A stretch of DNA of 64,000 nucleotides, taken from assembly GCA_963818475.1 (NCBI GenBank), contig CAWFSF010000002.1, positions 256,001 to 320,000 of the forward strand, written 5' to 3'. Of this stretch, positions 45,342 through 55,834 are shown piece after piece; positions within the stretch are counted from its first letter, which is position 1, and each line of letters opens with the position of its first letter. Both the position numbers and the translations under genes were made by a program. This DNA is from Nitrospirota bacterium (lineage in GTDB: Bacteria; Nitrospirota; UBA9217). The notes beneath the pieces are model-generated. The model made no database searches, was not told the origin of the DNA, and saw only the letters and a program-made list of their open reading frames with translations.

Positions 45342-46380
45342 TCAATTTATTTTCACGTCAAACGTAATGGTCTGGACCGGGGAAGACGCGCTGTTCAGGT
45401 CCCCGAGCCTCACCGTCACCGTCCCGGCGGTCGTTACGTTCACGTCTCCTGCGTCGGCATCCGCGGCATCGGTCAACAGGCTGTTGTTCAGCCTGAGCGT
45501 TCCGGCCACAGAGGTCGTATTTGTCGGAACCGGGTCCGAGATCACCACACCGGTTGCCGTGCCCGACCCGGACACGGTCACGGTGATGGTATACCGGATG
45601 GTTGCACCGGTGACGGGCTGACCGCCTGCGGAGGTCACCACTGCGCTTTTCAAGAAGCGAGACCATTGCGCTGGCAACACGATAAGCTGACGCTGCCGAG
45701 TGCGCGCTGTCCCTGATCCCGTCGGCAACACCTGCTCCATCGGCAAACACGGTGTCCACCGCAGCCTGGGTGTTCGGCCCAACAGTCTCCGGGACCACGC
45801 CACCCAGTACGCCGACGACGCCGCCGGACCGGGCTGTTGCGACGAGGCTCAGCGCGGAGACATCGCCGCTCACCTGGGCTCCCGGCATGTCGGCAACGAT
45901 ATAGACCGTGCGCACGGCGTCAGCTGCCAGCTCGTCAAGATAGGTCCCCGTGTCCTCCGCAGCCTGATACCCTGCGGTCACGCCGCTCTCAGCGAATACC
46001 TGCGGATTCGCTGCATCGAAGTTGTCGGTCCCTCCGAAGGGGTCAGCAGCAGGGACCGCTGCAAGGGCGAAATCCTGCACGCTGTTGCCGGTGTTCGTCA
46101 CCGTGAAGGTCAGCACCTGAGAAGCTGCACCGGGAGTGACGCTCACAGGGACGCCGTTCGTTGTCGCTGCGATGAGATTGATCTTTTGGTCGACCACCAG
46201 GCTGGTCAAGGCAGTGATCGGGGGCTGGGGGCTTCCGCCATAGTCATACGTGGCGATCGCCAGGCTCGATATGGTCACCCCCGCGGGCGTGCCGGCGGCG
46301 CGGGCGGAGCGCTCCATGATCGTCACCAATACAGTCAGGGCGATGAATGCCGCCAGAACATATTGTGCTGTTTTCTTCAT
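45342..46380 (-). CDS. Exported DUF11-family protein, paralog of 43538-44656, candidate minor pilin (frameshift near 45655)
   Basis: Signal peptide then AGTPAGVTISSLAIATY; shared middle domain (TFTVTNTGN..DELAADA..TVYIVAD..DTVFAD); C-terminus LKS..IRYTITV..ISDPVP..TITFDVKIN. Confidence 0.85.
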
Positions 46381-46403
46381 AGCGAGCGCCCTTGTGCTCC
46401 TCA

Positions 46404-49400
46404 TCACTTCACCCTCACCCGGAACTGCAGCGCAAAGGAGGGAGTGTTCGTGCCGCTCGCACCGTTGAACGTTCCGCTCAGGGATATTTTGATATTCGTA
46501 ACACTGCCGTCGAAACCGTTCACGTCGGGAACCGGCAGGTAGTCGTAGGTTGCACCGTTGTTGCTCGAGAACGAGATGCTGTCAAAAATATTCGACAGGC
46601 CTCCAAAGGCGTAACTGAGCCCGCTCGCTATGGCGCCGTCCGAGAATGCAATGGGGCCGGAACCGGCGACACCGAAGTCACCGGCAAAGAACTCGGTTAA
46701 GGATGGAAGGGGATCGGTCACTACCACAGTCCCTGCAGCGCCTCCCCCGGTATTCGTGGCCAGGATCGTGTACTGCATGCTCGATCCGGGGATGGCCTTG
46801 GGACTGGTGGTGCCGTTCACCGGGTCGGAGTAGGTATTCACGGACTTGACCATCACGATATTGGGGTGGCTTACTGAGGTGAACAGCACACTGGAACTAT
46901 TGTTGGCCATATTCGGATCGGTCTGGTCGTTGGCCGTAATGCTTGCGCTATTGGTAATGGTCACTCCGCCCGCGGTCACCATGGCGGTTATGTTCAGCGC
47001 TTTTGTCGCATCCTTGGCCACGCTGCCCGCCGTCCAAACGCCGGTCCCGCTGTTGTAGGCGCCGCCGCCGTTGTCCGACACATAGGTGACACCCGCGGGC
47101 AGCAGATCGGAAACCATTATGCCGGTCGCATTGTTCGGACCGCTGTTCCCGATGGTGAGCGTATAGACGACGGTGGTTCCCTGGTTTGGCGTTGAGTTGC
47201 TCACGGTCTTGGTGATGTAGAGGTCGGTGCTCTGCACGGTGATCACCGCGCTGGCGGTGTTGTTGGAACTGTTGGTGTCCCCCTGATCCGCCGACGTCCT
47301 CACGGCCGTGTTCGTGATGGTGCTCCCTGCCGTGCCGGTATTGACCGTGGCGTTGATGGTCAGCGTTGCCGTTGCTCCGCTGTTCAGGGCGGCGATGCTC
47401 CAGATGCCGGTCACGCTGGTATAGGTGCCTGCGGTCGCAACGGACGACGTCAAGGTCAACTCCGCGGGCAAGAGATCGGTCACCACGACCGTTGTTGCGT
47501 TGTTCGGGCCGTTGTTCCTGAGCCCGACGGTGTACACGACCGCGCCCCCTTCGTTGGGCGTTGCATTGTCCACCGTCTTGGTCACTGCCAGGTCCGTCGC
47601 GCCAACCACAAGGGACGCGCTCGCTGAATCGTCGGCTGGATTGATGTCGCTCTGGGTCACGGCGGTGATCGACGCCATGTTGTTGATCGTCTGACCCATG
47701 GTACCTGCGTTGACAGTGGCCGCCAGCAGCATGGTGGCCGTCGCTCCCGAGTTGAGCGGGCCAACGGTCCAGGCGCCCGAACCGCTGTTGTAACCGCCTT
47801 GCGTCACCGACGATCCTCCGGCAGCGTAGGTGAGTCCCGCGGGAAGCGCGTCGCTCACGGTTACGTTCGTGGCATTGGTCAGGGACGGATTGCTGATCAC
47901 GATTGTGTAGGTGACGGTCGCGCCGATTGCCGGCGATGTATTGTTCACGGACTTCGTGACCGCAAGGTCCGTGATCCCCACGCCGACCACCAGCGAATTG
48001 ATCGACGAGTTGTTCGCGTTCACCGGATCCGCCTGGGCTGCTGACACGATCTCGGCCATATTGTGAACGGTGGTGCCGTTCGCTGTTGCATTCTTCACGG
48101 TCACATTGATGGTGAGGGCCGCGCTCGCACCGCTCGCGATCGGCCCGGCTATGGTCCAGGTGAGCGTCGGCGCGGAATAGGTCACGGACCCGGTGGTGGC
48201 CGATGCCGAATTGTACGTAAGGTTCCCGGTGTCGATCACGTCCCGCACCGCGATGTTCGTTGCAGGGTGCGGACCGTTGTTGGTGAGCACCACGGAATAG
48301 GAATAGGCTTCGTTCTTGTTCGGCGAGGGGTTGCTCGAAGTCTTGGCCACGGATAGGTCTGCACGCTGCACCGTGATCGACGCGTTCGCCGTGTTGTTCG
48401 CCGTGTTGGGGTCGCCGACGCTCGCGCCGTTGATGGAGGCCATATTCGTGATCGTCATGCCGTTCGTGCCCGCGTTGACCGTGGCAGTGATGGTCCTGAC
48501 CGCGGACCCGCCTGCCATGATGGTGCCTGCGGACCAGAGACCGCTCCCGCTCACGTAGGTGCCGGTGCCTGCGGACGAGACATAGGTCAAGCCGGCGGCG
48601 AGCAGGTCCGAGACCGTGACCGAACCTGCGCTGTAGAGCCCGTTGTTTGTGACGGTAATCGTATAGGTTATGGAATTGGCCTCGTTCGGTGCCGCATTAT
48701 CGACTGTCTTGGACAGGGACAGATCAACGCCGCTGATGAAGACCGAAACGCTGGCACTATTGTTCGCGGTCATGGGATCTGCCTGATCGGATGTTGCCAC
48801 CACCGCCGTGTTGGTCGCTGTTGTACCCATGGCACCATCCACATCCGCCGTGATGCTGAGCGTTGTGGTCGCGCCGCTCGCGAGGTTGCCGACGGTCCAC
48901 GTGCCGCTGTTGTAGGACCCTTGGGTGGCGCTGGACGTCGAATACGTCAGTCCCGAGGAAAGGACGTCGGTCACCGTCACGCCTGTAGCGAGGGAGGAGC
49001 CCAGGTTTTGGAGCGTGACCGTGAAGACCACGCTCCCGCCGGTCGGAGGAGAAGTGTTGTTCACGGTCTTGAAAAGGGCGAGATCCGCGCCGCCGATCGT
49101 GAGCGAATTGCTTGCCGTATTATTGCCGCTCACCGGATCATAGATGGCCGAAGCGGTGATGCTGGCGGAATTGGCAAAGGTCGCTCCCTGGGTGCCCGCA
49201 TTCACGGTCACGGTGATGGTCAGCGATGCGTTCGCGTTGTTCGCGAGCGAGGGCACTTCCCACACACCCGTGGTGCGGTTATAGGTCCCGGCCCCGCTGT
49301 CCGAGACCCAGGTCACGCCAGCCGGAAGCATATCGGTCACCTGGATGCCGGTCGAGTTGTTCGGTCCGTTGTTCGTGACCGTAAGCGTGTAGGTCACGGT

Positions 49401-50573
49401 CTCCCCTTCTGCGGGCGTGGTTTTGTCCGCCGTCTTGGCCATGCTCAGGTCTGCGGCCTTCTGCACGGTCAGTGTGTCGGTCCTAAGTTGATTGGTGTGG
49501 TAGGAGGCGTCGATTGAGTCGAGATAGGTGACGGTCACTGTCTCGATGGCTGTCACCTGGAGCGAGCCGTTCCCGGTAACCGGCGCGCCCGTTGCTGTTG
49601 TGAGAGACCCGGTGAAGATGCCCGTATTAACGTCGGTTTCGGTCAGCGTCACGGTCTCGCTGTCGCCGGTCGGGCTAGTTACCGAGACCGTAAGAGTCTG
49701 GACCGCGGCGTGATTGGTGTTCACATCCTGGTCCGTCATGTTTATGTAAAGGGTTTGGCCGGAATTGAGCTGGGTCACGTCGCCGGTTCCGGCAAGGTTC
49801 GAGACGAACGTGACCGTACCGGTGGCGGGATAGGTGCCCAACGGCGTGACCGCATCGGTGGCATTGGCAGGCATGCACTGGGAGAGATTTGTTGAGCACG
49901 TATTGGATATATCAACGAGGTCCGCCGAGAGAGACTGGGCGCTGTTCGAGCTCCCAATGAAGAATCTGATGGGAGAGGTATCGGTCAGGCCTGTTTTGGC
50001 TTTAAAGGTGGCGTAAGGGATGCGGAAATCGAGGAAATAGTCCCGCCCACCATTCGTCGACGAGTCTGCGGTAACGGTCCGGAAATTGACGTTCAACTGC
50101 CACTGCTCGGACCAGACGGTGACTTCAGTCTTGTCGGACGGGTCACCCAGCGTCCCCTGAGAGGTGTTCTGACCGATCTCGATCGTATCGGGATTATCAA
50201 TGCCGTTCAGCATCACCATCCACTCATAGTCGCTGAAGTCATTGTCCGTATCGATCAGGAACCCCCAGCCGAACGGCTGAAGGCCGGTACCCTGATTATT
50301 CAACGCGTCCCCATCCACACGAATACGATAGAACATATAGGTGCCGTCATTAAACAGGTAAGCTGAGGGATAGGTCGACGTATTGGTGACGATGTCCCGG
50401 GGGTCGTTGGCTCCGCCTTGGGAGTCACTGATGATGTCCGTAAGGCCGGACATGGTTTTCGTCAAAACGATCCACTCGGAGTCCAGCGGCCAGGCAAAGA
50501 GATATGCCGGATAAAGGCAGATGGCCAGAAGGGTGATGATGAGTATTTTTTTTAAGTTCCTCATGAAATTCAT
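46404..50573 (-). CDS. Large exported adhesin-like protein with seven complete and one incomplete DUF11 repeats
   Basis: Signal peptide, unique N-terminal domain, repeats DLxxxK..YT.TV.N.GP..V.D.LP..N.A..DP..NN.AS; last domain ends FALQFRVRVK. Confidence 0.93.
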   Translation of the reverse strand: MNFMRNLKKILIITLLAICLYPAYLFAWPLDSEWIVLTKTMSGLTDIISDSQGGANDPRDIVTNTSTYPSAYLFNDGTYMFYRIRVDGDALNNQGTGLQPFGWGFLIDTDNDFSDYEWMVMLNGIDNPDTIEIGQNTSQGTLGDPSDKTEVTVWSEQWQLNVNFRTVTADSSTNGGRDYFLDFRIPYATFKAKTGLTDTSPIRFFIGSSNSAQSLSADLVDISNTCSTNLSQCMPANATDAVTPLGTYPATGTVTFVSNLAGTGDVTQLNSGQTLYINMTDQDVNTNHAAVQTLTVSVTSPTGDSETVTLTETDVNTGIFTGSLTTATGAPVTGNGSLQVTAIETVTVTYLDSIDASYHTNQLRTDTLTVQKAADLSMAKTADKTTPAEGETVTYTLTVTNNGPNNSTGIQVTDMLPAGVTWVSDSGAGTYNRTTGVWEVPSLANNANASLTITVTVNAGTQGATFANSASITASAIYDPVSGNNTASNSLTIGGADLALFKTVNNTSPPTGGSVVFTVTLQNLGSSLATGVTVTDVLSSGLTYSTSSATQGSYNSGTWTVGNLASGATTTLSITADVDGAMGTTATNTAVVATSDQADPMTANNSASVSVFISGVDLSLSKTVDNAAPNEANSITYTITVTNNGLYSAGSVTVSDLLAAGLTYVSSAGTGTYVSGSGLWSAGTIMAGGSAVRTITATVNAGTNGMTITNMASINGASVGDPNTANNTANASITVQRADLSVAKTSSNPSPNKNEAYSYSVVLTNNGPHPATNIAVRDVIDTGNLTYNSASATTGSVTYSAPTLTWTIAGPIASGASAALTINVTVKNATANGTTVHNMAEIVSAAQADPVNANNSSINSLVVGVGITDLAVTKSVNNTSPAIGATVTYTIVISNPSLTNATNVTVSDALPAGLTYAAGGSSVTQGGYNSGSGAWTVGPLNSGATATMLLAATVNAGTMGQTINNMASITAVTQSDINPADDSASASLVVGATDLAVTKTVDNATPNEGGAVVYTVGLRNNGPNNATTVVVTDLLPAELTLTSSVATAGTYTSVTGIWSIAALNSGATATLTINATVNTGTAGSTITNTAVRTSADQGDTNSSNNTASAVITVQSTDLYITKTVSNSTPNQGTTVVYTLTIGNSGPNNATGIMVSDLLPAGVTYVSDNGGGAYNSGTGVWTAGSVAKDATKALNITAMVTAGGVTITNSASITANDQTDPNMANNSSSVLFTSVSHPNIVMVKSVNTYSDPVNGTTSPKAIPGSSMQYTILATNTGGGAAGTVVVTDPLPSLTEFFAGDFGVAGSGPIAFSDGAIASGLSYAFGGLSNIFDSISFSSNNGATYDYLPVPDVNGFDGSVTNIKISLSGTFNGASGTNTPSFALQFRVRVK

Positions 50574-50930
50574 ACCATCTCGGGAACGACCGAGACCGTC
50601 CCACTAAACTGAAATATCTTTGTAATACGCCACCATAGTAGCTCGTTTACTGTAAAATCAACGACTTATGCGATAAGAAATAATGAGCCAATGCTACTCA
50701 CTTATAGCATTTATAGGTACAAAGTACTAAAAATAGATTTTTTTGTCAATACAAAAAATATTATTCTTCGCGGCTTTTGGGAGTTGTTCCGGGATGGCCT
50801 GCAAGAGGGAAATCGTCAGTTCAGAGGGTGGACGGCATTGTGAAACGAACACGAGGGAATTTTTCCTGACAGGCGGGTAGAACATGGGTGATGTTCTTTG
50901 TATCTGCACAGACCGGATGCTTGAGCGTAA

Positions 50931-50961
50931 CGAAAAAAGGCGGGACCAATTCGTCCCGCCT
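50931..50961 (-). terminator. Intrinsic terminator after adk copy 2
   Basis: Minus strand AGGCGGGACGAATTGGTCCCGCCTTTTTT. Confidence 0.8.
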
Positions 50962-51000
50962 CGTACCATTCTTGAAATCGATAAGCGCTGCTTCCTGAAA

Positions 51001-51654
51001 CTACTTCTTTGCCGCAATCCCGTTCTTGATCGCATTTACGACGCCGTCGCTGCTTGGCTCGCTGATCTTGAGCAGCATGCCCTTCTTCTCATAGTAGCCG
51101 ATGAGCGGAGCGGTCTTCTCGTTGTAGACGTCGAGCCGTTTGCTGATCGCTTCCACGGTCTCGTCGGCGCGCTGGATCGTGGGGCTGCCGCACTTTTTGC
51201 ACTTGTCGCCTGCTGCCGGCGGGTTGCTCTTGATGTTGTAGATCTCCTGGCAGGATGGGTTGGAGCAGGTCCGGCGCGTGGTCAAGCGGTCAAGGATCAC
51301 GTCGCGCGGCACTTCGATGCTCGCCACGAGGTCGAGCTTGATATTGAGCTTCTTCATCAAGGCATCGAGCGAATCGGCCTGCGAGATGGTCCTCGGAAAG
51401 CCGTCGAGCAGGAAGCCCTTCTGGCAGTCCGGCTCCTGAAGCCGCTGTTCCATGATGCCCATGATGAGCGAATCGGGAACCAGGTCGCCCCGGTCCATGA
51501 AGCCCTGTGCCTCTTTGCCGAGCGGCGTTCCAGCCTTTACGGCGCCGCGCAGAATATCACCGGTCGAGATCTGCACCGAGCCGTCCAGTGCGGTTAACAG
51601 TTTTGATACCGTGCCCTTGCCGGCGCCCGGCGCCCCTAACAAAATAATTTTCAT
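51001..51654 (-). CDS. adk: Adenylate kinase, copy 2
   Basis: GAPGAGKGT, ISTGDILR, LDGFPRT, LID CSNPSC..CKKC. Confidence 0.95.
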   Translation of the reverse strand: MKIILLGAPGAGKGTVSKLLTALDGSVQISTGDILRGAVKAGTPLGKEAQGFMDRGDLVPDSLIMGIMEQRLQEPDCQKGFLLDGFPRTISQADSLDALMKKLNIKLDLVASIEVPRDVILDRLTTRRTCSNPSCQEIYNIKSNPPAAGDKCKKCGSPTIQRADETVEAISKRLDVYNEKTAPLIGYYEKKGMLLKISEPSSDGVVNAIKNGIAAKK

Positions 51655-51745
51655 GGAAAGAACCTCCTTAGGATATGTGGTGATGCATCAAGTCGGCCAT
51701 TATCGTATGAACCGCTGAAAAAATCAAGAAAAAAGGTGTTCAGAG

Positions 51746-53092
51746 TCAGGCGAGGTTGTACTTTTTGAGCTTCTCGTGCAGCGTGGACCGCGACATGCCG
51801 AGGATCTTTGCGGCGGTGCTGCGGTTGCCCCCCTCTGCATGCAATACCTTGAGAATATATTCCCGCTCCATCTCCGCCAGCGGCCGATAGCCTTCGCTGC
51901 CGGCCTGCCTCCCTGCATCGCCCCTGTCGCGCTCTTCACCGGTGATCTCCCGCGGCAGGAGGTCGACCGGGACCAGGCTGCTGCGCGACAGCACTATGGC
52001 ACGCTCGACGATGTTCTTGAGCTCCCGAACGTTCCCCGGCCAGGCATAGGCCTGCATAAGCTCCAGCGCCCGGGGAGAGAAACCGGTGACGTGCTGCTTC
52101 AACGTGGCGTTGAACTGCCGCACGAAATAATCGATCAGCACCGGAATATCCTCGGGGCGTTCGCGCAGCGGCGGCATGGTCACAGGGAAGACCTTGAGCC
52201 GGTAGTAGAGGTCCTCGCGGAAACGCCCTTCCGCCACAGCCCGCTCCAGGTCCCGGTTGGTCGCCGCGATGACGCGCACATTGACCGCAATGTCCCGCGT
52301 GCCGCCCACCCGTTTGAAGCGCTGCGTTTCGAGCACGCGGAGCAGCTTCGGCTGAACTGCCAGCGGCATATCGCCCACCTCATCGAGCAGCACCGTGCCG
52401 CCGTCAGCCACCTCGAAGAGGCCCTGCTTCTGCTCCCGCGCATCCGTGAAGGCCCCCCGCTCATGGCCGAACATCTCGCTCTCCAGCAGCGTCTCCGAGA
52501 GCACGGCGCAGTTGATATCGAGGAACGGCCGGTCGCTCCGTGCACTCCTTCGATGGATCTCCCGTGCCGCCAGTTCCTTGCCCGTGCCGCTTTCGCCGAG
52601 CAGCAGGGTTGTCGTCTCGGCATTCTCGGCCATCAGATCGATCATATGGTGCAGTGTCTGGATCGCCATGGACGTGCCGACCAGGGGGTGGTCCAGCAGC
52701 TGCCGGTAGTAGCGGTTCTCGATCCGCAGTTTCCGCGTCTCGAGGATCCGGTTGATCAGCGCCGACAGCTCGAGGAGCTGGGCCGGTTTGGTGAGATACT
52801 GCTCGGCGCCGAGCTTGATCGCCTCGACCGCGTTCCCGATGGAACCCCAGCCGGTCATGACCACCACCGATGCCCGGCATCCCTGATCTTTCAGACGCCG
52901 CAGCACATCGAGCCCGGCCATGTCCGGAAGCTTCATGTCAAGCAGGACCACATCCGGCGCAAAGCTCTCGGCAAGCGTAAGCGCATCGCTCCCGGTCTCC
53001 GCGTGCGCTGCGTCCCAGTTCAGCGATTTGAAGTAATGGAGCAGCGGCGTTATTACGGGGCGTTCGTCGTCTACCAGCAGGATCCTCGGCAT
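51746..53092 (-). CDS. Sigma54-dependent response regulator (REC-AAA+-Fis HTH)
   Basis: LLDMKLPD, GESGTGKE, ESEMFGHERGAFTDA, GRFREDLYYRL, WPGNVREL, AAKILGMSRSTL. Confidence 0.95.
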   Translation of the reverse strand: MPRILLVDDERPVITPLLHYFKSLNWDAAHAETGSDALTLAESFAPDVVLLDMKLPDMAGLDVLRRLKDQGCRASVVVMTGWGSIGNAVEAIKLGAEQYLTKPAQLLELSALINRILETRKLRIENRYYRQLLDHPLVGTSMAIQTLHHMIDLMAENAETTTLLLGESGTGKELAAREIHRRSARSDRPFLDINCAVLSETLLESEMFGHERGAFTDAREQKQGLFEVADGGTVLLDEVGDMPLAVQPKLLRVLETQRFKRVGGTRDIAVNVRVIAATNRDLERAVAEGRFREDLYYRLKVFPVTMPPLRERPEDIPVLIDYFVRQFNATLKQHVTGFSPRALELMQAYAWPGNVRELKNIVERAIVLSRSSLVPVDLLPREITGEERDRGDAGRQAGSEGYRPLAEMEREYILKVLHAEGGNRSTAAKILGMSRSTLHEKLKKYNLA

Positions 53093-53429
53093 ACTGCGCG
53101 TTCTGCTCCTTTCCTAACGGAATCGCTGACCCGGACAGGCTGCGGACCGACTTGCTCTGCTCGTTACAATCCCTGAGCCGCGAAAGCCGGGTGAAAAAAG
53201 ACCCGGGGTCTTTTCATGTTTTTTCCGCACATTTTTCGCGTACTTTCGGGGACACGGTATTGATACTATACCAGCCCAGCCGGAGGGTCAACCAGAAAAA
53301 CATGGTGTGCGGCATCGCGGGCGAGCACCCTTGCTCATAAAAAAACCGGGGCCCGCTAATGATTAGAAGAAATCTGCAATTGCGAAAGGTTGAAATACTA
53401 TGATAAGTTATCGCCTCGGGAAAAGCATT

Positions 53430-53465
53430 TGATTATTTTTTAAGCACATGCCTATTTTGTTATCA
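53430..53465. promoter_or_regulatory. Tandem 17-bp NtrC-like enhancer sites upstream of GSIII
   Basis: TGATTATTTTTTAAGCA-CA-TGCCTATTTTGTTATCA; a similar pair lies upstream of glnB. Confidence 0.6.
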
Positions 53466-53593
53466 CTGTTCATTTAAAATATGGCTTTTCCCCACGCAGG
53501 GTCAGCTGAGTTAGAGCGGTTCTTTTTTTAGAACGGTCAATATTACAAACTGTTAACTTTGCCTACGGCTTGCACTCTCCATATTCATAAAAT

Positions 53594-53609
53594 GGGCACA
53601 TATATTGCT
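53594..53609 (+). promoter_or_regulatory. Sigma54 (-24/-12) promoter
   Basis: GGGCACATATATTGCT = GG-N10-GC, close to consensus TGGCAC-N5-TTGC. Confidence 0.75.
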
Positions 53610-53718
53610 TTTATATGGGAGTTGTCTTTGAAGCAATAATCTGCTAAAACTACTAAAACTAATTGCAGCTCCAAGAGCTGTATAAATCCACAACACAACG
53701 ACAAGGAGCGAGAACAAA

Positions 53719-55806
53719 ATGGAGATTTTCGGTAAGAATGTATTCAATCAAGAGGTAATGAGAGAAAAACTGCCAAAGGCTGTTTACAAAAATCTGAAAA
53801 AAACCATAGATGAAGGTTTGCCGCTGGACCCGTCCATTGCCGATGTGGTTGCTACCGCCATGAAAGATTGGGCTGTTGAAAGAGGCGCAACACATTTCAC
53901 CCATTGGTTCCAGCCGATGACCGGTATCACCGCGGAAAAGCATGACTCGTTCATCACACCGACCGACAATGGTATCTTAATGGAGTTCTCAGGCAAAGAG
54001 CTGATCAAGGGCGAGCCGGATGCATCCTCCTTCCCGAGCGGCGGTTTGAGATCAACATTCGAAGCCAGGGGCTATACTGCCTGGGACTGCACTTCTCCCG
54101 CATTCCTGAGGGAAGAAGCGGATGTCATTACACTCTGCATCCCTACCGCCTTCTGTTCCTATACCGGCGAGGCGCTGGACAAGAAGACTCCACTGCTTCG
54201 CTCCATGGAGGCAATTTCGACCCAGGCGATGCGGATGCTCAGACTCTTCGGGAACACGAGTGCAACAAGGGTAACGTCAACCGTCGGCCCTGAGCAGGAA
54301 TATTTCCTGATCGATAAGTCCTATTTCCTCGACAGGCTCGACCTGCTTTTGGCCGGCAGGACGCTGTTCGGCGCCATGCCCCCCAAGGGGCAGGAGATGG
54401 AAGATCACTATTTCGGCAGCATCAAGGAAAGAGTTATTTCCTACATGAAGGAAGTCAATACCGAGCTCTGGAAGCTTGGCGTTACCGCCAAAACCCAGCA
54501 CAACGAGGTTGCCCCCGGACAGTTTGAACTCGCCCCGATCTTCGAAACGACCAACATTGCAACCGACCACAATCAGATGGTTATGGATGTGCTCAAGCGC
54601 ATCGCGATCAGGCATGATATGATCTGTCTGCTGCATGAAAAACCGTTTGCCGGCGTGAACGGCTCCGGCAAGCACAACAACTGGTCCATGAGCTCCAATG
54701 ACGGACAGAATCTGCTCGAGCCGGGTCACACCCCGCACGATAATATGCAGTTCCTGACCTTCCTGATGGCCACCATCAAGGCTGTTGATGAGCATGCCGG
54801 GCTGCTGCGGGTGTCCTGCGCGAATGCGGGCAACGACCACCGTCTGGGCGCGAATGAGGCGCCTCCGGCCATCATCTCCATGTTCCTTGGCGACCAGCTT
54901 GCCGACATCGTCGATCAGATCGAAAAAGGCGGGGCAAAATCCTCCACCAAGAGCGGGGAAATGAAGATCGGCGTGACGACGCTCCCCGCACTGCCGAAGG
55001 ACACGACCGACCGAAACAGGACCTCTCCCTTCGCCTTTACCGGCAACAAGTTCGAGTTCCGGATGGTCGGCTCCTCCTTCTCCATCGCGGGCCCGAATGT
55101 CGTTATCAACACCATCATTGCTGATGCACTCAAGCAATTTGCCGACAAACTGGAAAAATCGAAGGATTTCTCCGGCGACCTGCAGAAGCTGCTTCAGGAG
55201 ACCGCCAAGAAACACAAGCGCATCATCTTCAACGGCAACAACTATTCCGATGCATGGGTCAAGGAAGCCGAGAAGCGCGGCCTGAAGAATATCCCGAACA
55301 CCCCCGAAGCGCTCAAGGAGCTGGTGACGAAGGAAGCGGTCGAGCTGTTCGCTACCCACAAGGTCTTCACGGAAAAGGAAATTCATTCCCGCTACGAGAT
55401 CATGGTCGAGCAGTATATCAAGACCCTCAATATAGAAGCCCTGACCATGATCGACATGGCCAAGCACAGCATCATGCCTGCCGCCACTTCCTTTGCAACG
55501 GAAGTCGCCCAGTCTCTTTCCGCGGTTGCCGCCGTATCCGATAAGATCGATGTGTCAGCCCAGAGAGAGCTGCTGGAAAATATCTCCAACAAACTGTCCT
55601 CGATGAACAAGAACGTCAAGGCGCTTGAGAAGACCCTTGATACCACGTTGAAGATCTCTGACGTCGCTGAACAGGCCGCTGCTTTCAGGAAAAACGTGTT
55701 CGCCCAAATGCTCGCATTGCGAGCGGACGGCGATGCACTGGAAAAGATCATTTCCGCGGATCAGTGGCCTCTGCCGACCTATGCGGAAATGCTGTTCAAC
55801 CTCTAA
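53719..55806 (+). CDS. Glutamine synthetase type III
   Basis: [75 protein letters not shown]. Confidence 0.96.
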   Translation: MEIFGKNVFNQEVMREKLPKAVYKNLKKTIDEGLPLDPSIADVVATAMKDWAVERGATHFTHWFQPMTGITAEKHDSFITPTDNGILMEFSGKELIKGEPDASSFPSGGLRSTFEARGYTAWDCTSPAFLREEADVITLCIPTAFCSYTGEALDKKTPLLRSMEAISTQAMRMLRLFGNTSATRVTSTVGPEQEYFLIDKSYFLDRLDLLLAGRTLFGAMPPKGQEMEDHYFGSIKERVISYMKEVNTELWKLGVTAKTQHNEVAPGQFELAPIFETTNIATDHNQMVMDVLKRIAIRHDMICLLHEKPFAGVNGSGKHNNWSMSSNDGQNLLEPGHTPHDNMQFLTFLMATIKAVDEHAGLLRVSCANAGNDHRLGANEAPPAIISMFLGDQLADIVDQIEKGGAKSSTKSGEMKIGVTTLPALPKDTTDRNRTSPFAFTGNKFEFRMVGSSFSIAGPNVVINTIIADALKQFADKLEKSKDFSGDLQKLLQETAKKHKRIIFNGNNYSDAWVKEAEKRGLKNIPNTPEALKELVTKEAVELFATHKVFTEKEIHSRYEIMVEQYIKTLNIEALTMIDMAKHSIMPAATSFATEVAQSLSAVAAVSDKIDVSAQRELLENISNKLSSMNKNVKALEKTLDTTLKISDVAEQAAAFRKNVFAQMLALRADGDALEKIISADQWPLPTYAEMLFNL

Positions 55807-55834
55807 AACTCTGCAACAAACAGATGCGAACACA

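Noticed and set aside
46900-49460. Periodic ~360-bp repeats as a CRISPR or DNA repeat array
   Set aside because: They are degenerate in-frame protein domain repeats (DUF11) with no identical direct repeats or spacers.
50660-50700. Sigma54 promoter for the DUF11 operon (TTGGCTCATTATTTCT on the minus strand)
   Set aside because: Lacks the conserved GC at -12; too weak to call.
31163-53176. Long antisense ORFs such as 31163-32470, 37872-39191, 40360-42045 and 51776-53176
   Set aside because: Shadow frames of GC-rich genes on the opposite strand with no recognisable motifs.
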